From an uncultured delta proteobacterium (GTDB lineage Bacteria > Myxococcota_A > Polyangia > Fen-1088), in contig CAWCMR010000025.1 of assembly GCA_963796685.1 (NCBI GenBank), forward strand, positions 1,696,001 to 1,760,000: a DNA stretch of 64,000 nucleotides, read 5' to 3'. Positions 19,812-29,404 of this stretch are shown in pieces. Every line of letters starts with the position of its first letter. Position 1 is the stretch's first letter. The notes beneath the pieces were generated by a model, which was not told the origin of the DNA, did no database searches, and saw nothing but the letters and a program-made list of their open reading frames with translations. The translations under genes were made by a program, and so were the position numbers.

Positions 19812-22800
19812 TCGTCGTTCTCCTCGTTCTCGAGGTCTTTCTCACGGGCCTTGGCGGCGCGCTTGGCCTTGCTGGCGCGCGTGCTGGGTGGTGGGAAGCG
19901 TTTGCGCCAGTCTTCGATCAGCTCGGGGCTGGGGCCTTGGGGGCCGACCAGGGCTTGTAGCTCGGCCTTGAGGCGCGCGGCTGCTGCGGGATCTTCGCGG
20001 AACACGTCGGGCAGCAGGCGCCAGGCGCTGTCGAGAAGGCCGATGCGATCGGCCAGCGGCACGTCGGCGTCTTCCAGGTTCTCGTCGATGGCCAGGATGG
20101 CGCGCAAGCGTTGCACCGGGGTCCAACCGGCCCAGCCGTAGAGGGTTTCGACGCCGGAGCGGCCGGGGACTTCGGTGAAGGCGATGAAACGTTCTTTGGG
20201 AACGTCGAGCTTGCCGCGGAGTTGCCAGTATTCCGTTTTGAGGAAGTCGCCTGAGCCGTAGCTCGGTGGCACCTCGGGCGTGACCTTTTCGCCGGCATCC
20301 TCGCGTCGCTGGTCCTCCCAGGTGCGCTCCCAGGCGTCTCGCTTCACAAGGCCGGCGGGCTTGTAGACGTGGAAGCGGTGATTCGGCACCATATCGCCGA
20401 ACAACGCCTCGGCCACGAGCTGCGACAGATTGAAGTCGCGCCGCCCGGCTAACAATTCGCTGACGGCCAGGACATGCGGATCGTCCTGCAACGAGGCCAC
20501 AGTCTGATCGAGCGAAAACACGCCTTGCCGATCCTTGGCGGCGGCCTCGACTCGGTCGGCAAGCCAAGTCTGCATGGCCTCTTTCTCTTCTGCCTCGTAG
20601 TCCGGGCAATACCAACGCCGCTTGAAGCTTGGGTTTTCGATAAGGGCAAGAGCAGGAACAGTGCGAATCCGCTGGCGGCGCACCTCAATGCGGGCACGAA
20701 GCTCGTGTGGCACTTCAGGTGGAAGCTCGGTCAAAGGTTGCCAACGATGACGTTCGAACCAGACAGTCGGCAGTGCTCCAGGATTCCGTTCTTGCGCTAG
20801 TTCGGCGCGAGTATCAGCATCTCGGGCGGCGAAGCTCAGGCACCACGGAAGCCAGTTTGGCGAGACCGGCTCCACCTTATCGGGTGAAACGATAGTAGGG
20901 GTGTCATCAAAGCCATAGAGGCTGTAGACCAACCAGTCGAGTTCTTCCTGGAGACCGACCATGTTCAGTAGACAGCGAAAATCAGATTCTCGTCTGCGAT
21001 TAAGCAACAGCCGGAGATCGGACTGGCTCACCCAAGTTGGCTCAGAGAGCGTCCCAACAACGCTCGCAGCAGCTCGTTCGCGCGCGAGTTTGTCGATTGC
21101 AACAGCGTACTCGCGAGTGGAATTCGCCCCAGCCGGCACGGGCATGGCCGCCAACTTCGTGGAGTCTCGAACATAGCGCTCCATCCATGGCTCAGGTTCA
21201 AGCCCGCGCCCGACGCCACCGGCAGCCTTCGGTTGGAACACCTGCTTCATCCAAAATTCGGCTGAAGAGGAATTCAAGATGCCCAGAACTGCAAGGTATG
21301 AACTTTCGTCAGCTTCCGGCGGAAGCTTGATTACAGGCGCCTCGCTGTTGAAAAGATGCCGTCCTCGAACAAGCGCAAAATGATTGTGCGTTGAGACCCT
21401 TGGACTCGCGAGCTGGATTCCCTGCTGAACTAGGCTTTTCGTAAACTGCATATATTCAAACCACTCAAGACCGGCATCCGCCATAACCCCCTGAAACGTC
21501 GCCCGGTTCGCGAGAGAAGTGCGAAATCTCCACAGGCTTCTGAAGTCGCCCGACCATTCCTCCTTTGAAAGAGAAGCATCAACTCCGCCGTCGGATAGCA
21601 TGTAGGGGAACCATGCCCGCTCGGATGACATAGACGACCAGTCCCGGATGTGTCTTCCGCGAAAGTGGGCCAGGCAGTGACTAGGGTCGAATGAACGCCG
21701 AAGCACCTCGAGTTCATCGTGGCAAACGAAGACATTCTCGAGCGCTATCCGCACCCCACGCCCAATTGGCGACTCGACAGTACTAGACAGAGAATTTGCC
21801 GATGCTACTTCCATGCGCCGCTTCGTTTCGCCGGTTGTTCCACCGACAATGCTCCACGGATACCGTCGAAGTCGCAATCTATCCACGTCCTCAACGCTCA
21901 CGTACTCATTCTCGAATCCGACTTGAGTGTAGCCATAGAGAATGCTCTTCCACACCTCCCCCTGGGACGGATCTGCGAGTTTCACTAGCTCCCCCCGTTT
22001 GCTCATCACGATTCGCACGTACTTGTTTGTCGGGGGCTGGCTCCTGACGAAGAGGAGTACCGTCGCAGTTCCGTGGTGTGGTATTTGAGCCTGCGACGAA
22101 TCGACCACCAATGACAGGTCAACATTGGCGAGAACCTTCTCAATGAATGGCCGACCGTAGTCACTGCGCATAAACTGGTTATCAACTATTAGACCAACAT
22201 GACCGCCAGATACTGCACATTGGAAAGCGCGTTCAGCGAAAGGGCAACTCAAGTGATACTGTTTATGGGCAGATATATATCGCTGTTTCGAGCCCACCTT
22301 CTCCTTTTGATAGGCCTTGCGGCGAGCATCGCTCTCCACAATATACGGCGGATTCGCAACCACGGCGTGGAACTTCTTCGCAAACACCTTTCGCAATGCC
22401 GTCCGCACATCCGCTCGCGTGAGAGTGGCGCGCGGACGTTCTTCGGTCTTCTCGAAAAGGTCCGTCTGCAACGGCTGCTTGACCTCGTCGCGTTCGACCT
22501 GCTCCAGCCCGTCGGCCCAGTACACATGCGGATGGAACCGCGCCGCCTCAGCCAGAGCGCCCTTGCCGGCCAGCTCTGCGGCGGTCATCACCAACCGCGC
22601 ACGCGCCAGTCCGCAGGCGTAGTCGTTCAGATCAATGCCCACCACGCGGTCGAGGGCATGGTTGACAACAGCCTCGCGCTCCCAGTCTGGGTGCTTCGCG
22701 GCGGTGGCGGCAACGAGGCGCTTCAGTCCGTCGATCAGGAAGTGCCCTGAGCCGCAGGCCGGATCCAGCAGTCGAACGTCGTCGGCACCGAAGGTTTCGA

Positions 22801-23425
22801 TGGCGGGTGTCAGCGTGCGATCCAGGATGAACCCGCGCACGAAGTCGGGCGTCTGGCACAGAGCAAAGCGATCCTTCACCACCGGATCCAGCTCTTGGTA
22901 CAAATCGCCCATCAGCTCGCCTTCGAAGTGCTCGTCGGCAAAGCTCCAGGTAGCGCCCGTGTCCGCGTCGCGCTCGCGCCAGAAGCGAATCAAGGCGCGC
23001 GACAGCTCGTCCGAGGGCAGAGCGACCTCAGCGGGCTGCGGGCTGAACAGCTCGGGTAGGCCACCCTTTACGCTGGCCAGGTCGCGGTACACCCAACGCA
23101 GGAAGGCGGTCTCGCCCAGGTGTGGGGCCAGGCGCTCGAAAAGCTGCTGCGCCTCGGGATCCAGCAGGCGCCCAGGCGAGAGCAGTCCGCGATCTTCCAG
23201 CACGCGCAGGTAGACCGACTTCAGCACCCACAGCACGGCGGCCCGGCGCGAAAGTAGATCGGTCCAGACGTCGAAATCCTCGGCCACCTGCTCGTCGGCG
23301 TGAAGCCGCTGTGCCCGCTCGCGCGTGGGCCCGGGCGCGCGCATCTTGCCGCGCAGGTCAGCCGCGATCTTGGCGACTTGATCGCGCAGGGCTGAGGTCA
23401 GTCGGGCTCGCTCGGTCGGCTTCAT
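19808..23425 (-). CDS. pglX: BREX type 2 adenine-specific DNA methyltransferase PglX
   Basis: QTPDFV, LLDPACGSGHFL (motif I), VVANPPY (motif IV), LQEELDWLVY, RGKLDVPKERFI, YGWAGW. Confidence 0.93.
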   Translation of the reverse strand: MKPTERARLTSALRDQVAKIAADLRGKMRAPGPTRERAQRLHADEQVAEDFDVWTDLLSRRAAVLWVLKSVYLRVLEDRGLLSPGRLLDPEAQQLFERLAPHLGETAFLRWVYRDLASVKGGLPELFSPQPAEVALPSDELSRALIRFWRERDADTGATWSFADEHFEGELMGDLYQELDPVVKDRFALCQTPDFVRGFILDRTLTPAIETFGADDVRLLDPACGSGHFLIDGLKRLVAATAAKHPDWEREAVVNHALDRVVGIDLNDYACGLARARLVMTAAELAGKGALAEAARFHPHVYWADGLEQVERDEVKQPLQTDLFEKTEERPRATLTRADVRTALRKVFAKKFHAVVANPPYIVESDARRKAYQKEKVGSKQRYISAHKQYHLSCPFAERAFQCAVSGGHVGLIVDNQFMRSDYGRPFIEKVLANVDLSLVVDSSQAQIPHHGTATVLLFVRSQPPTNKYVRIVMSKRGELVKLADPSQGEVWKSILYGYTQVGFENEYVSVEDVDRLRLRRYPWSIVGGTTGETKRRMEVASANSLSSTVESPIGRGVRIALENVFVCHDELEVLRRSFDPSHCLAHFRGRHIRDWSSMSSERAWFPYMLSDGGVDASLSKEEWSGDFRSLWRFRTSLANRATFQGVMADAGLEWFEYMQFTKSLVQQGIQLASPRVSTHNHFALVRGRHLFNSEAPVIKLPPEADESSYLAVLGILNSSSAEFWMKQVFQPKAAGGVGRGLEPEPWMERYVRDSTKLAAMPVPAGANSTREYAVAIDKLARERAAASVVGTLSEPTWVSQSDLRLLLNRRRESDFRCLLNMVGLQEELDWLVYSLYGFDDTPTIVSPDKVEPVSPNWLPWCLSFAARDADTRAELAQERNPGALPTVWFERHRWQPLTELPPEVPHELRARIEVRRQRIRTVPALALIENPSFKRRWYCPDYEAEEKEAMQTWLADRVEAAAKDRQGVFSLDQTVASLQDDPHVLAVSELLAGRRDFNLSQLVAEALFGDMVPNHRFHVYKPAGLVKRDAWERTWEDQRREDAGEKVTPEVPPSYGSGDFLKTEYWQLRGKLDVPKERFIAFTEVPGRSGVETLYGWAGWTPVQRLRAILAIDENLEDADVPLADRIGLLDSAWRLLPDVFREDPAAAARLKAELQALVGPQGPSPELIEDWRKRFPPPSTRASKAKRAAKAREKDLENEENDE

Positions 23426-25293
23426 GGTTCTTTCTTCGCTGTGCGATAGGCTTGAAAGGGATGCTGCGGGTTGTCCGGATGGCGTCGCTCCAGCTCGCCG
23501 CGCTCGATCAGCGGGCGCAGATACATGGTACGGACGGTGCTCTCACGCCGGCCGATGGCCTCGGCAATTTCTGGCAATGTGCGCCAAGCCCCGGTGCAGA
23601 ATTGCAGGACTGCGCCAAGCTGCTCCTGCATGGGCTTCCAGCCACGTCTTTCCTCGGAGCTTTCCTCGGAGGTTTCCTCGGAGGTTTCCTCGGAGCCTGG
23701 CGAACTTTCCTCGGAGCTTTGCTCGGAGCTGGCCCCACTTTGCCCGGAGCTTTGCCCGATGGTTTGCCCGGAGCTTTCCTCGATGCCGGGCAGACGGACT
23801 TGGGCCGGGACCAGCAGGGTATAGGTCTTGCTTCGTGACGGCCCCGAGGACGCGAGCAGCTTCTTGCGCAGCAGCTCCTGCAACTTCAGTGTGACGTCGC
23901 GCGTGTGGGCGTCGGTCAAGGTGGCCAAGCGGGCGTGGGTAATCCCGCCTTCGGCATGGGCAGTCACCAGGGCCAGGCGGCCCAGCTCGTTTTGGGCGTC
24001 GAACTGCGGCCCCAGAAGCTGCTGCAGCGCCACGATGGACGCCTCGGGCAGCAGGCTGAGCTGGCGCAGGCGTAGATGGGCCTCGGAATGCTCGACGTCT
24101 TCGGTCAGCGCTGGGGGCTGCCAGTGCTGGTGGGCCCATGCCTGCCGGATAGCCGGACCGCCCGATCCCTCGTGCTCGCCAAGCTGAATCAAGCCAAAGA
24201 GGTGCTGCAAGACGGGGTTGCGACATTCGCTGATGCCGCCCTTCCACACCTGTTGCGGGGAGACGAGCAGCAGGCCCGGGTTGATGAACTCGTACCCCGA
24301 AAGGTCGCGGAGAGCGCGAACGCCCGACCGCCCCTCGTAGTCGGCGTGGATGATGGTGTTCACCAGTGCCTCGCGCACTGCCTTGTGGGCAGGGGTCTCG
24401 TCGCGCCGGAACTGCCCTGCTTCAAGTGCGAACGGAACCTTCAGGCCCTGGTAAAGCTTGCTGATGACCCTGCTGTAGAACTGGAAGGCATTGGCGTTCC
24501 ACGTGCCGTCGCAGGCGATGCGGTCCACCCAGCGCTCCCCGCTCGACGGATCCGGCGGAAGCTCGCGGTAACTCAGGTGCCAGTGCGGAAAGCGCTCGCG
24601 CAGTGCCTGCTCGCGTCCGAGCATCAACAGGCCACCAAGGGTCAGGCCATCGACGTCGTTAACACGGTCGCGGGCGATCACGCCGGATTGGCGAAGAAAG
24701 CCTGCGTCGTCCTCGCTGACGAAGGGGTGATCGGGCCGCTTGGCGGCGAAGACGTTCCGGTAGGCGCGCACACTGTCCGGATCGAGGTCGGCGTCGCCAT
24801 AGCCCTCCAGCACCGAGCCGTCTCGTTCCGGCAGAGCGTCCGCCATCATCCGTCGCGCGACATCGCGATCAGCCAAGCGGTCGCCCTCGTGCACTCGCAG
24901 ATAGGTTCCGCGCTCCCACGATCCGTTGAGAAAGACCGGGCGCTGGCCGCGTGGGGCTTTGGGGACTCGGACCACGAGCAAGAGGTGCCCATCGACTGGT
25001 TCGCGAGTCACGCCCTGGCGCACAAGGATGTTGGCGCTGACCTTCTGCGGGTTCTGCAGGCAATTCCAAAGATCGCGTTCGACCTTGTCGATGTCGGGAA
25101 TGCCACGAAGATCGAACGATCCGTCGGCGCGCTCTTTGGCACCAAGGACGATCATCCCGCCTTCGGTGTTCGCCATGGCGCTGTAGGTTTCCCAGAACGA
25201 TTCCGGCAACTCGCCCTGCCCGTCCCGGCCAAGGGCAAGCTTGGCCTCGAAGTCCCAGCCTTCGCGCAAGACCTCGAATTCGTCGCGGGTCAT
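23422..25293 (-). CDS. Schlafen/AlbA_2 + HATPase_c_4 (RecG C-terminal-like) + wHTH protein
   Basis: LREGWDFEAK, ETYSAMANTEGGMIVLG (AlbA_2), AVREALVNTIIHADY, INPG, CRNPVL, GEHEGSG, C-terminal HTH. Confidence 0.85.
   Translation of the reverse strand: MTRDEFEVLREGWDFEAKLALGRDGQGELPESFWETYSAMANTEGGMIVLGAKERADGSFDLRGIPDIDKVERDLWNCLQNPQKVSANILVRQGVTREPVDGHLLLVVRVPKAPRGQRPVFLNGSWERGTYLRVHEGDRLADRDVARRMMADALPERDGSVLEGYGDADLDPDSVRAYRNVFAAKRPDHPFVSEDDAGFLRQSGVIARDRVNDVDGLTLGGLLMLGREQALRERFPHWHLSYRELPPDPSSGERWVDRIACDGTWNANAFQFYSRVISKLYQGLKVPFALEAGQFRRDETPAHKAVREALVNTIIHADYEGRSGVRALRDLSGYEFINPGLLLVSPQQVWKGGISECRNPVLQHLFGLIQLGEHEGSGGPAIRQAWAHQHWQPPALTEDVEHSEAHLRLRQLSLLPEASIVALQQLLGPQFDAQNELGRLALVTAHAEGGITHARLATLTDAHTRDVTLKLQELLRKKLLASSGPSRSKTYTLLVPAQVRLPGIEESSGQTIGQSSGQSGASSEQSSEESSPGSEETSEETSEESSEERRGWKPMQEQLGAVLQFCTGAWRTLPEIAEAIGRRESTVRTMYLRPLIERGELERRHPDNPQHPFQAYRTAKKEP
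23648..23782. repeat. Degenerate 12-bp tandem repeat encoding SSEE/TSEE/SSGQ tetrapeptides
   Basis: GGAGCTTTCCTC / GGAGGTTTCCTC / GGAGCTTTGCCC units in the linker of the AlbA_2 gene. Confidence 0.8.
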
Positions 25294-28200
25294 GCGCCCT
25301 GGCCTCCCACGCGCTTGGCATCAATGCAAAGCGGGTTGGCAAGGGGCAGCGTGGCGCCATCCAGGTGCCACATGGGTGAGCCTTCGTTGAATAGCGGCTG
25401 CTGTTTGTGGATCACGCCGGGAACAACCAGGATCCAGAAGCCATGGCTGCCAGATAAGGTTTCGTCGTAGAGCCGCCGCGGCAAATCGAGGGCGTCGCAA
25501 AGGGCAAACAGCGCTGTGTCGCCAACAACAATGGTCTTGCCCACGCCGCCGTGTTCCTCCAGCAGACGGAAGAGCGTGGCCTCGGCGGCCTCGGTCAAGG
25601 CGTCTCGCTGGGCAACGAATTTCTCTGCCCGTTCGAGTGAAAGCATGTCGGCGGCATGATCGGAGAAGAAGGCGTCTTCGAACGAGACCCAGGTGCCGCC
25701 GAGGCAGGCGGCGACCGAGCGACCGATCTCGGGATGGCGCTCGGGCGGCGTGACGAGCATGCGAAACCCACGCGTACCGGCAGCGTCGCGCAGCATGTCC
25801 CGAACTGCATCCTCGGGGCTGCGTTCGCTGCGGAAGGTGGACGGCAACTCGTCAGGGGCGAGTGCTGGTGTGGCGATGATCGATCCGGTTCGTCCGGGCA
25901 GGACGGTATCGCCCTGCACGCGACATTCGAGCTCGCGAAGGATCTCGAGCAGGTGGTCAGGCGCGGGATAGGGGGTGTCTTCGCCAAAAGCGCGACGGAC
26001 ACGACGCTCTAGCTCGTCCAGCGACATGGGGTCGCGCGCCAGCTCGAGTACAAACCCGATGCTCTGCTTGGGTTCAAGGGGCCCAACGAAAAGGTGGCCT
26101 GACTCAGTAGTCAGGACGTCGTCACAAAGGCGCACCCCCAGCGCGAGAGCGTCACCTTCAAAATGCGGCAAGAGTGCGGCGAGGGTCTTGCGGGCGGTCT
26201 CGGGTTCGACGGGGGGCCACTGGCTGGCCAGGCGTACGGTCTCGGCGGCGAAGTCATAGAGGGTCTTTCGATCGTAAATCGGACGCGCCACCAGGGGCTG
26301 GTCTGCGCCATCCACCTCGATCAGATGAGCCCGGCCCGAGGAGGTACGGACCAGAAGACGAACGATGCCGGAGCCGGTCACGACCGCCGCCGGCCACTCT
26401 TCTTCGAAGCGCGCGCCGATGTCGTCCAGACGAGCGATGCCACTGAACCCGTCGAGCACGTTGTCGAGGGCCTGCATCAGGTCGGCCAGCGCGCCCTGGT
26501 CGAACCGTTCGAGGCCGATGGAAAGGTCGATGCTGATCTGGGACTGGCTCTTGTGAAGATCCTCGGCGATCTCGCCCTGCTGCTCAGGTTCTCCCGTGAT
26601 GCCGATGGTGCGCTCGACCGCGATTCGCTGACCATCGCTCAGCGGACGAGATGCAAGCTCCCAAATTCGATCGAGCGTGTAGGCGCCTTCGGCGGATTCC
26701 GGGCTGTGCGACTGAAAACGATGAAGTGCCTCCACGACCTGGGCCAGTCGGGTCCGACCGATTCCATCGACTTCGAGCAGCTCGTCGCGTGACAGGGCGG
26801 CCACGGCACCGACGGTCGGAAGATCGGCGGCGACCAATGCCGCCCTTAGCGTGGCGGGAAGGGGCAGCTTCTCGACGGGCTCGGGGCAGTCGACGAGATC
26901 GGGCATGAGGGAAGTCTCGATCGGCTGCCCGGGCACCGGCGCAGTCGGGGCAACGCCCTGAGCGCGCATGGACTCTTGGAATCTGATGATATCGGAGGCT
27001 GTCTTGCTGCCGATGGCGTGAATCGTCCGAATCTGGGTCGGCTGCAAGGCCAGAAGCTGGCCAACCGTGTGTACGTGGCTGCGAACGAGCGCGTTGATTG
27101 CCCTTCGAGAGAGTCCGGCGGTTCGAAGAGAGGCCGTGGGCTCAAGGCGCGGCGGTGGCTGGCCAGAGGACGCTGCAGCGGAGTCATCTCCGAGAGCGAC
27201 CAGCAGTGCGTCTCGCATCGAGCGTGCAGAGGGGAAGCGTTTTTCGGGAACGGGATCGAGCGCCTTGCGAAAGAAGGAGGCAAGGCCGGACGGCGAGATA
27301 TCGTCCTCGCGAACGGAGGGTGCCTGGCCCGGTTCGGGCACGTGCCCATCAAAGGCGTGTCGTCCGGCGTAGAGCTCGAACAGGCAAAGCGCGGCGGCGA
27401 AACGGTCCGTAGCGTGCGTCCACATGGCGCTGGCCGGGTCGCGGTACAGGGCTGTCCCGCCGTAGGGCGCATCCACGGGAATTCCCGCCAGGCTGAAGTC
27501 GATGATGGTGAGGCGGCCGTCGCTGACCAGCAGGTTGTCAGGCTTGAGATCTTTGTGCGTGACCGCCTTCTGTTCGAGGTAATCCAGGCCCGCCAGCAAA
27601 TCCTCGGCGAGCCGTCGTTGGGCGGTTGGTTCTGGTGTCGGGTGCTTTGCCAACCACTCGCGCAAGCTCTCGTCACCCACGCGCTCCATCACCAAGGTCA
27701 AGCGACCTTCGACCATCTTGGTCAGGTCGATCACCCGCACGATGTTGGGGTGGTCTAACGATGAGAGGGCGTGGTACTCGCCCTGCAGTGCCTCTTCGGC
27801 GGCATTTTCTGAACGGGCGATCTTGAGTGCGCGGGTGCGTCCGCTGAGCAGGTGGCGAGCGGCGTAGACCACCGCCATCCCACCCTGGCCAAGGCGGCCC
27901 GTGATCTCGTAGTCGGTGCCGACGAGCGTGCGGGGCTGAAGATTGTCGGCGTCGAGCGGCACGCGCCTGTCTGGGGGAATTCCCGGAAGCGCGGGCGACT
28001 CGGGCTCACGCGCCAGGCGAACGGCGGTGATGGCCTCCGGCAGCGACGAGAAGCGGTCGGTCGGCCGCAATTCGAGCATGCGCGCGACGGCCTCATCGAG
28101 TCGCAACGGAACCCGCGGGGCCACGTCGCGAACCCTCCGCATGAGCCGGCGCGCGGCCATCAACTGCCGGGTGCTGTCGAAGAGCGGCTTGCCCGTCAGC

Positions 28201-29402
28201 AAGAAGGCCAAGATGACGCCCAGGCTGAACTGGTCGGAGGCCGGCTCGGCGCTGCTGAACGCCGTCACCACCTCAGGTGCCGAGAAAATCAGCCGGTCAT
28301 CGGCGATGGTCGTCAGCGAAATGGTGGTGTCGACGGCGAGCTGTTTGGCGAGATCGAAGCCCGTCACGCGGATCTGCTCCGGATCGGGCTTGTCCTCGAC
28401 AAGGAGCACCTCCGGCCGCAGCAGCCGATGCACGACACCCTGACGGTGGGCCTCGTCCAGCGTCTGGGCAATGCGCATCCAGAGATCGGTGCGCGTCCGC
28501 AGATCCGCCTTCGACTTGCCACGCGCATCGGAGCCATAACGCTCGATCCACGTCGTGAGCGTGATGCCTTTGAAGTACTCGAAGGGCAGGACGATGCCTG
28601 CTTCGTCCGAGAAGGGCTGGTCGGCCTTGCGGATGCCCTCGCTGCGGCCCAAGCGTCCGAGCACCTGCGCTTCCCAGCGTGCGCGCTCTTCGATGCGCGC
28701 CCTTTGCGCATCCGTCGCAAGCTGAGGCACGCTGTAGATGCGCAGGATGCGTTCGGCTGATGAAAGTGTGTTGCGCCCGAGTAGCTCGGTGTAGGTGTCG
28801 TGGTGGCTCAGGGTTTCGACGATCTCGTATTCGCGCACGCGCCGTACGGGCTTGGTTCCCGCGGGCACACCGGTCAGAACGCGCAGAAGGTCCTGTTCGG
28901 CGGCGGAAGTCGGGGCAAGCGAGGTCCGGCTGCTGAGCCTCTCTACAAGAGCACGATCCTGCAGAGCGGTGAGGATTGTCTTCCTGGTGTGAATTCGGTC
29001 CTTGCTGGCCGGACCGCGGACGCCAACGTCGTTCGTGGCCGATAGGAAGACGAGTCCCTCGACCCAGAGCTGACCGGCCCGGAAGCTTTCGCGCTTGAGC
29101 TGGCTCTTCAGGACCTGCGCGGTCACGCGATTCAACCGGAGCGGACTGGGAACAGGGTGCGGTACGTACCAGTCGTGGTCGGTGCCCTCGATCCTCCCAC
29201 GGTAGGACTTGATCTCGACGACGAATACGGCGTGCGGTGCAACGACCACGGCATCCAGCTCGTAAATGACGCCCGTGCGTTCGACAAGCCAGGTGTTGCC
29301 GTAGACGGTGTAGTCGGACGAGAGCCCTTCGACGAGGTAGCGCAGTGCCTGCCTCTCGGCATCGTGCGCGGATTCGCCGACCGGGATGAAGTTCGCGGGC
29401 AT
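25290..29402 (-). CDS. pglW: BREX type 2 PglW: NERD nuclease + pseudokinase + Ser/Thr kinase + RNAP alpha-CTD-like repeats
   Basis: Start MPANFIP at 29402. NERD YELDAVVV..FVVEIKSY. Kinase 1 is degenerate (HRLLRPE, VTGFDLA); kinase 2 has LGQGGMAVVY, RALKI, HKDLKPDN, DFSLA. Also AGLSRRAINAL and EVDGIGRTRL. Confidence 0.9.
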   Translation of the reverse strand: MPANFIPVGESAHDAERQALRYLVEGLSSDYTVYGNTWLVERTGVIYELDAVVVAPHAVFVVEIKSYRGRIEGTDHDWYVPHPVPSPLRLNRVTAQVLKSQLKRESFRAGQLWVEGLVFLSATNDVGVRGPASKDRIHTRKTILTALQDRALVERLSSRTSLAPTSAAEQDLLRVLTGVPAGTKPVRRVREYEIVETLSHHDTYTELLGRNTLSSAERILRIYSVPQLATDAQRARIEERARWEAQVLGRLGRSEGIRKADQPFSDEAGIVLPFEYFKGITLTTWIERYGSDARGKSKADLRTRTDLWMRIAQTLDEAHRQGVVHRLLRPEVLLVEDKPDPEQIRVTGFDLAKQLAVDTTISLTTIADDRLIFSAPEVVTAFSSAEPASDQFSLGVILAFLLTGKPLFDSTRQLMAARRLMRRVRDVAPRVPLRLDEAVARMLELRPTDRFSSLPEAITAVRLAREPESPALPGIPPDRRVPLDADNLQPRTLVGTDYEITGRLGQGGMAVVYAARHLLSGRTRALKIARSENAAEEALQGEYHALSSLDHPNIVRVIDLTKMVEGRLTLVMERVGDESLREWLAKHPTPEPTAQRRLAEDLLAGLDYLEQKAVTHKDLKPDNLLVSDGRLTIIDFSLAGIPVDAPYGGTALYRDPASAMWTHATDRFAAALCLFELYAGRHAFDGHVPEPGQAPSVREDDISPSGLASFFRKALDPVPEKRFPSARSMRDALLVALGDDSAAASSGQPPPRLEPTASLRTAGLSRRAINALVRSHVHTVGQLLALQPTQIRTIHAIGSKTASDIIRFQESMRAQGVAPTAPVPGQPIETSLMPDLVDCPEPVEKLPLPATLRAALVAADLPTVGAVAALSRDELLEVDGIGRTRLAQVVEALHRFQSHSPESAEGAYTLDRIWELASRPLSDGQRIAVERTIGITGEPEQQGEIAEDLHKSQSQISIDLSIGLERFDQGALADLMQALDNVLDGFSGIARLDDIGARFEEEWPAAVVTGSGIVRLLVRTSSGRAHLIEVDGADQPLVARPIYDRKTLYDFAAETVRLASQWPPVEPETARKTLAALLPHFEGDALALGVRLCDDVLTTESGHLFVGPLEPKQSIGFVLELARDPMSLDELERRVRRAFGEDTPYPAPDHLLEILRELECRVQGDTVLPGRTGSIIATPALAPDELPSTFRSERSPEDAVRDMLRDAAGTRGFRMLVTPPERHPEIGRSVAACLGGTWVSFEDAFFSDHAADMLSLERAEKFVAQRDALTEAAEATLFRLLEEHGGVGKTIVVGDTALFALCDALDLPRRLYDETLSGSHGFWILVVPGVIHKQQPLFNEGSPMWHLDGATLPLANPLCIDAKRVGGQGA

Positions 29403-29404
29403 CG

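Noticed and set aside
21991-21996. G6 tract in pglX as a Streptomyces-style phase-variation switch
   Set aside because: Six bases is unremarkable at this GC content, and the gene is in frame.
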